A stretch of DNA of 64,000 bases, from positions 864,001-928,000 of the forward strand of contig CAVRQT010000003.1 of NCBI GenBank assembly GCA_963723515.1. Direction: 5' to 3'. Positions 63,132-64,000 of this stretch are shown in pieces (positions within the stretch are counted from its first letter, which is position 1; the number at the start of each line of letters is the position of its first letter). A program made the translations under genes and the position numbers. The notes under the pieces were generated by a model. The model was not told where the DNA came from, made no database searches, and saw nothing but the letters and a program-made list of their open reading frames with translations. This DNA is from Vulcanimicrobiota bacterium (GTDB taxonomy: Bacteria > Vulcanimicrobiota > Vulcanimicrobiia > Vulcanimicrobiales > Vulcanimicrobiaceae).

Positions 63132-64000
63132 ATGCGCTGTTTAGTGACGGGCGGCTTAGGATTCATCGGATCGAACTTCATTCGGCTGCTTTTGCACGAG
63201 CGGCCGGACGCGCGCGTGATTAATCTGGACGCGCTAACCTACGCAGGCAACCCCGAGAACCTGCGCGATGTCGAAGCCGACCCGCGATACCGGCTCGTCA
63301 AGGGAGATATCGCCGACGCTGCCACCGTGCGCGAGTCCCTTGCCGATGGTGCCGATGCAATCGTCAACTTCGCGGCCGAAACGCATGTCGATCGCTCGAT
63401 CTTGGAGCCCGAGGTCTTTCTGAAGACAGATATCCTCGGCACGCATGTGCTCTTGGAAGCCGTGCGCGAGAAAAAGATTCCGCGCTACGTTCAAGTGTCG
63501 ACGGATGAAGTTTACGGCGACGTACCGAGCGGACTCTCAACCGAAGAGTCGCCCTTACGGCCGCGCAGTCCGTATAGCGCCAGCAAGGCGGGCGCGGATC
63601 TTCAGGTGCTTGCGTACTGGCATACCTATCAAACGCCGGTGATGATCACTCGCGGCTCCAACACCTACGGGCCATATCAGTATCCCGAGAAATTGATCCC
63701 GCTCTTCATCACCAATCTCTTCGAAGATCGACCGGTGCCGGTGTACGGCGATGGCAAACAGATACGCGACTGGGTGCATGTCGAGGATCACGCGCGTGGC
63801 ATTCTTCATATTCTCGAGAACGGCGAAGCGGGAAACGTGTACAACATCGCCGGCGAAAATCTGCGCACGAATCTTGAGATTACCGAGCGGTTGATCTCGC
63901 ACTGCGGGCGATCGCCGAACACGCATATCACTCATGTGCTCGACCGCGAAGGACACGACCGGCGTTATGCGCTCGATACCGGCAAAGCGCGCTCCTTGGG
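63132..64000 (+). CDS. rfbB: dTDP-glucose 4,6-dehydratase (3'-partial)
   Basis: MRCLVTGGLGFIGSNF, LDALTYAGN, FAAETHVDRSI, VSTDEVYG, YSASK, NTYGPYQYPEKLIP. Absent from the ORF track because it has no stop in the window. Confidence 0.95.
   Translation, partial: MRCLVTGGLGFIGSNFIRLLLHERPDARVINLDALTYAGNPENLRDVEADPRYRLVKGDIADAATVRESLADGADAIVNFAAETHVDRSILEPEVFLKTDILGTHVLLEAVREKKIPRYVQVSTDEVYGDVPSGLSTEESPLRPRSPYSASKAGADLQVLAYWHTYQTPVMITRGSNTYGPYQYPEKLIPLFITNLFEDRPVPVYGDGKQIRDWVHVEDHARGILHILENGEAGNVYNIAGENLRTNLEITERLISHCGRSPNTHITHVLDREGHDRRYALDTGKARSL

Overview
A GC-rich, gene-dense bacterial chromosome segment made mostly of housekeeping genes on the minus strand: rpsB-tsf-pyrH-frr-uppS-cdsA-dxr-rseP-ispG, proS, a two-subunit NAD synthetase with cinA, leuCD-type dehydratase, rpmE-prfA-prmC-pyrG, and rpsU-yqeY-nfeD-floA-phoH-ybeY-dgkA-hlyC-recO-ruvX-mltG. 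It also carries tadA, six tRNAs and aroA. Gene order and the stalk-domain secreted proteins suggest a Terrabacteria lineage such as Ca. Eremiobacterota (inference only). Many genes, including prfA, carry 1-bp frameshifts, most likely unpolished long-read errors. I saw no CRISPR array, integrase, transposase or prophage. Main points of interest: (1) a four-gene luxE-like/luxC-like/class III aminotransferase/Gfo-Idh-MocA operon with no luciferase, which looks like a carboxylate-to-aldehyde-to-amine pathway, divergent from an orphan leuCD pair; (2) an APC permease fused in frame to a GlmA-like GH35 glycosidase; (3) repeated apparent non-canonical start codons (ATA, CTG, GTA, TTA) overlapping the upstream stop codon; (4) a class II AroA with Ala at the Gly96-equivalent site; (5) dispersed REP-like palindromes, some inside gene ends.
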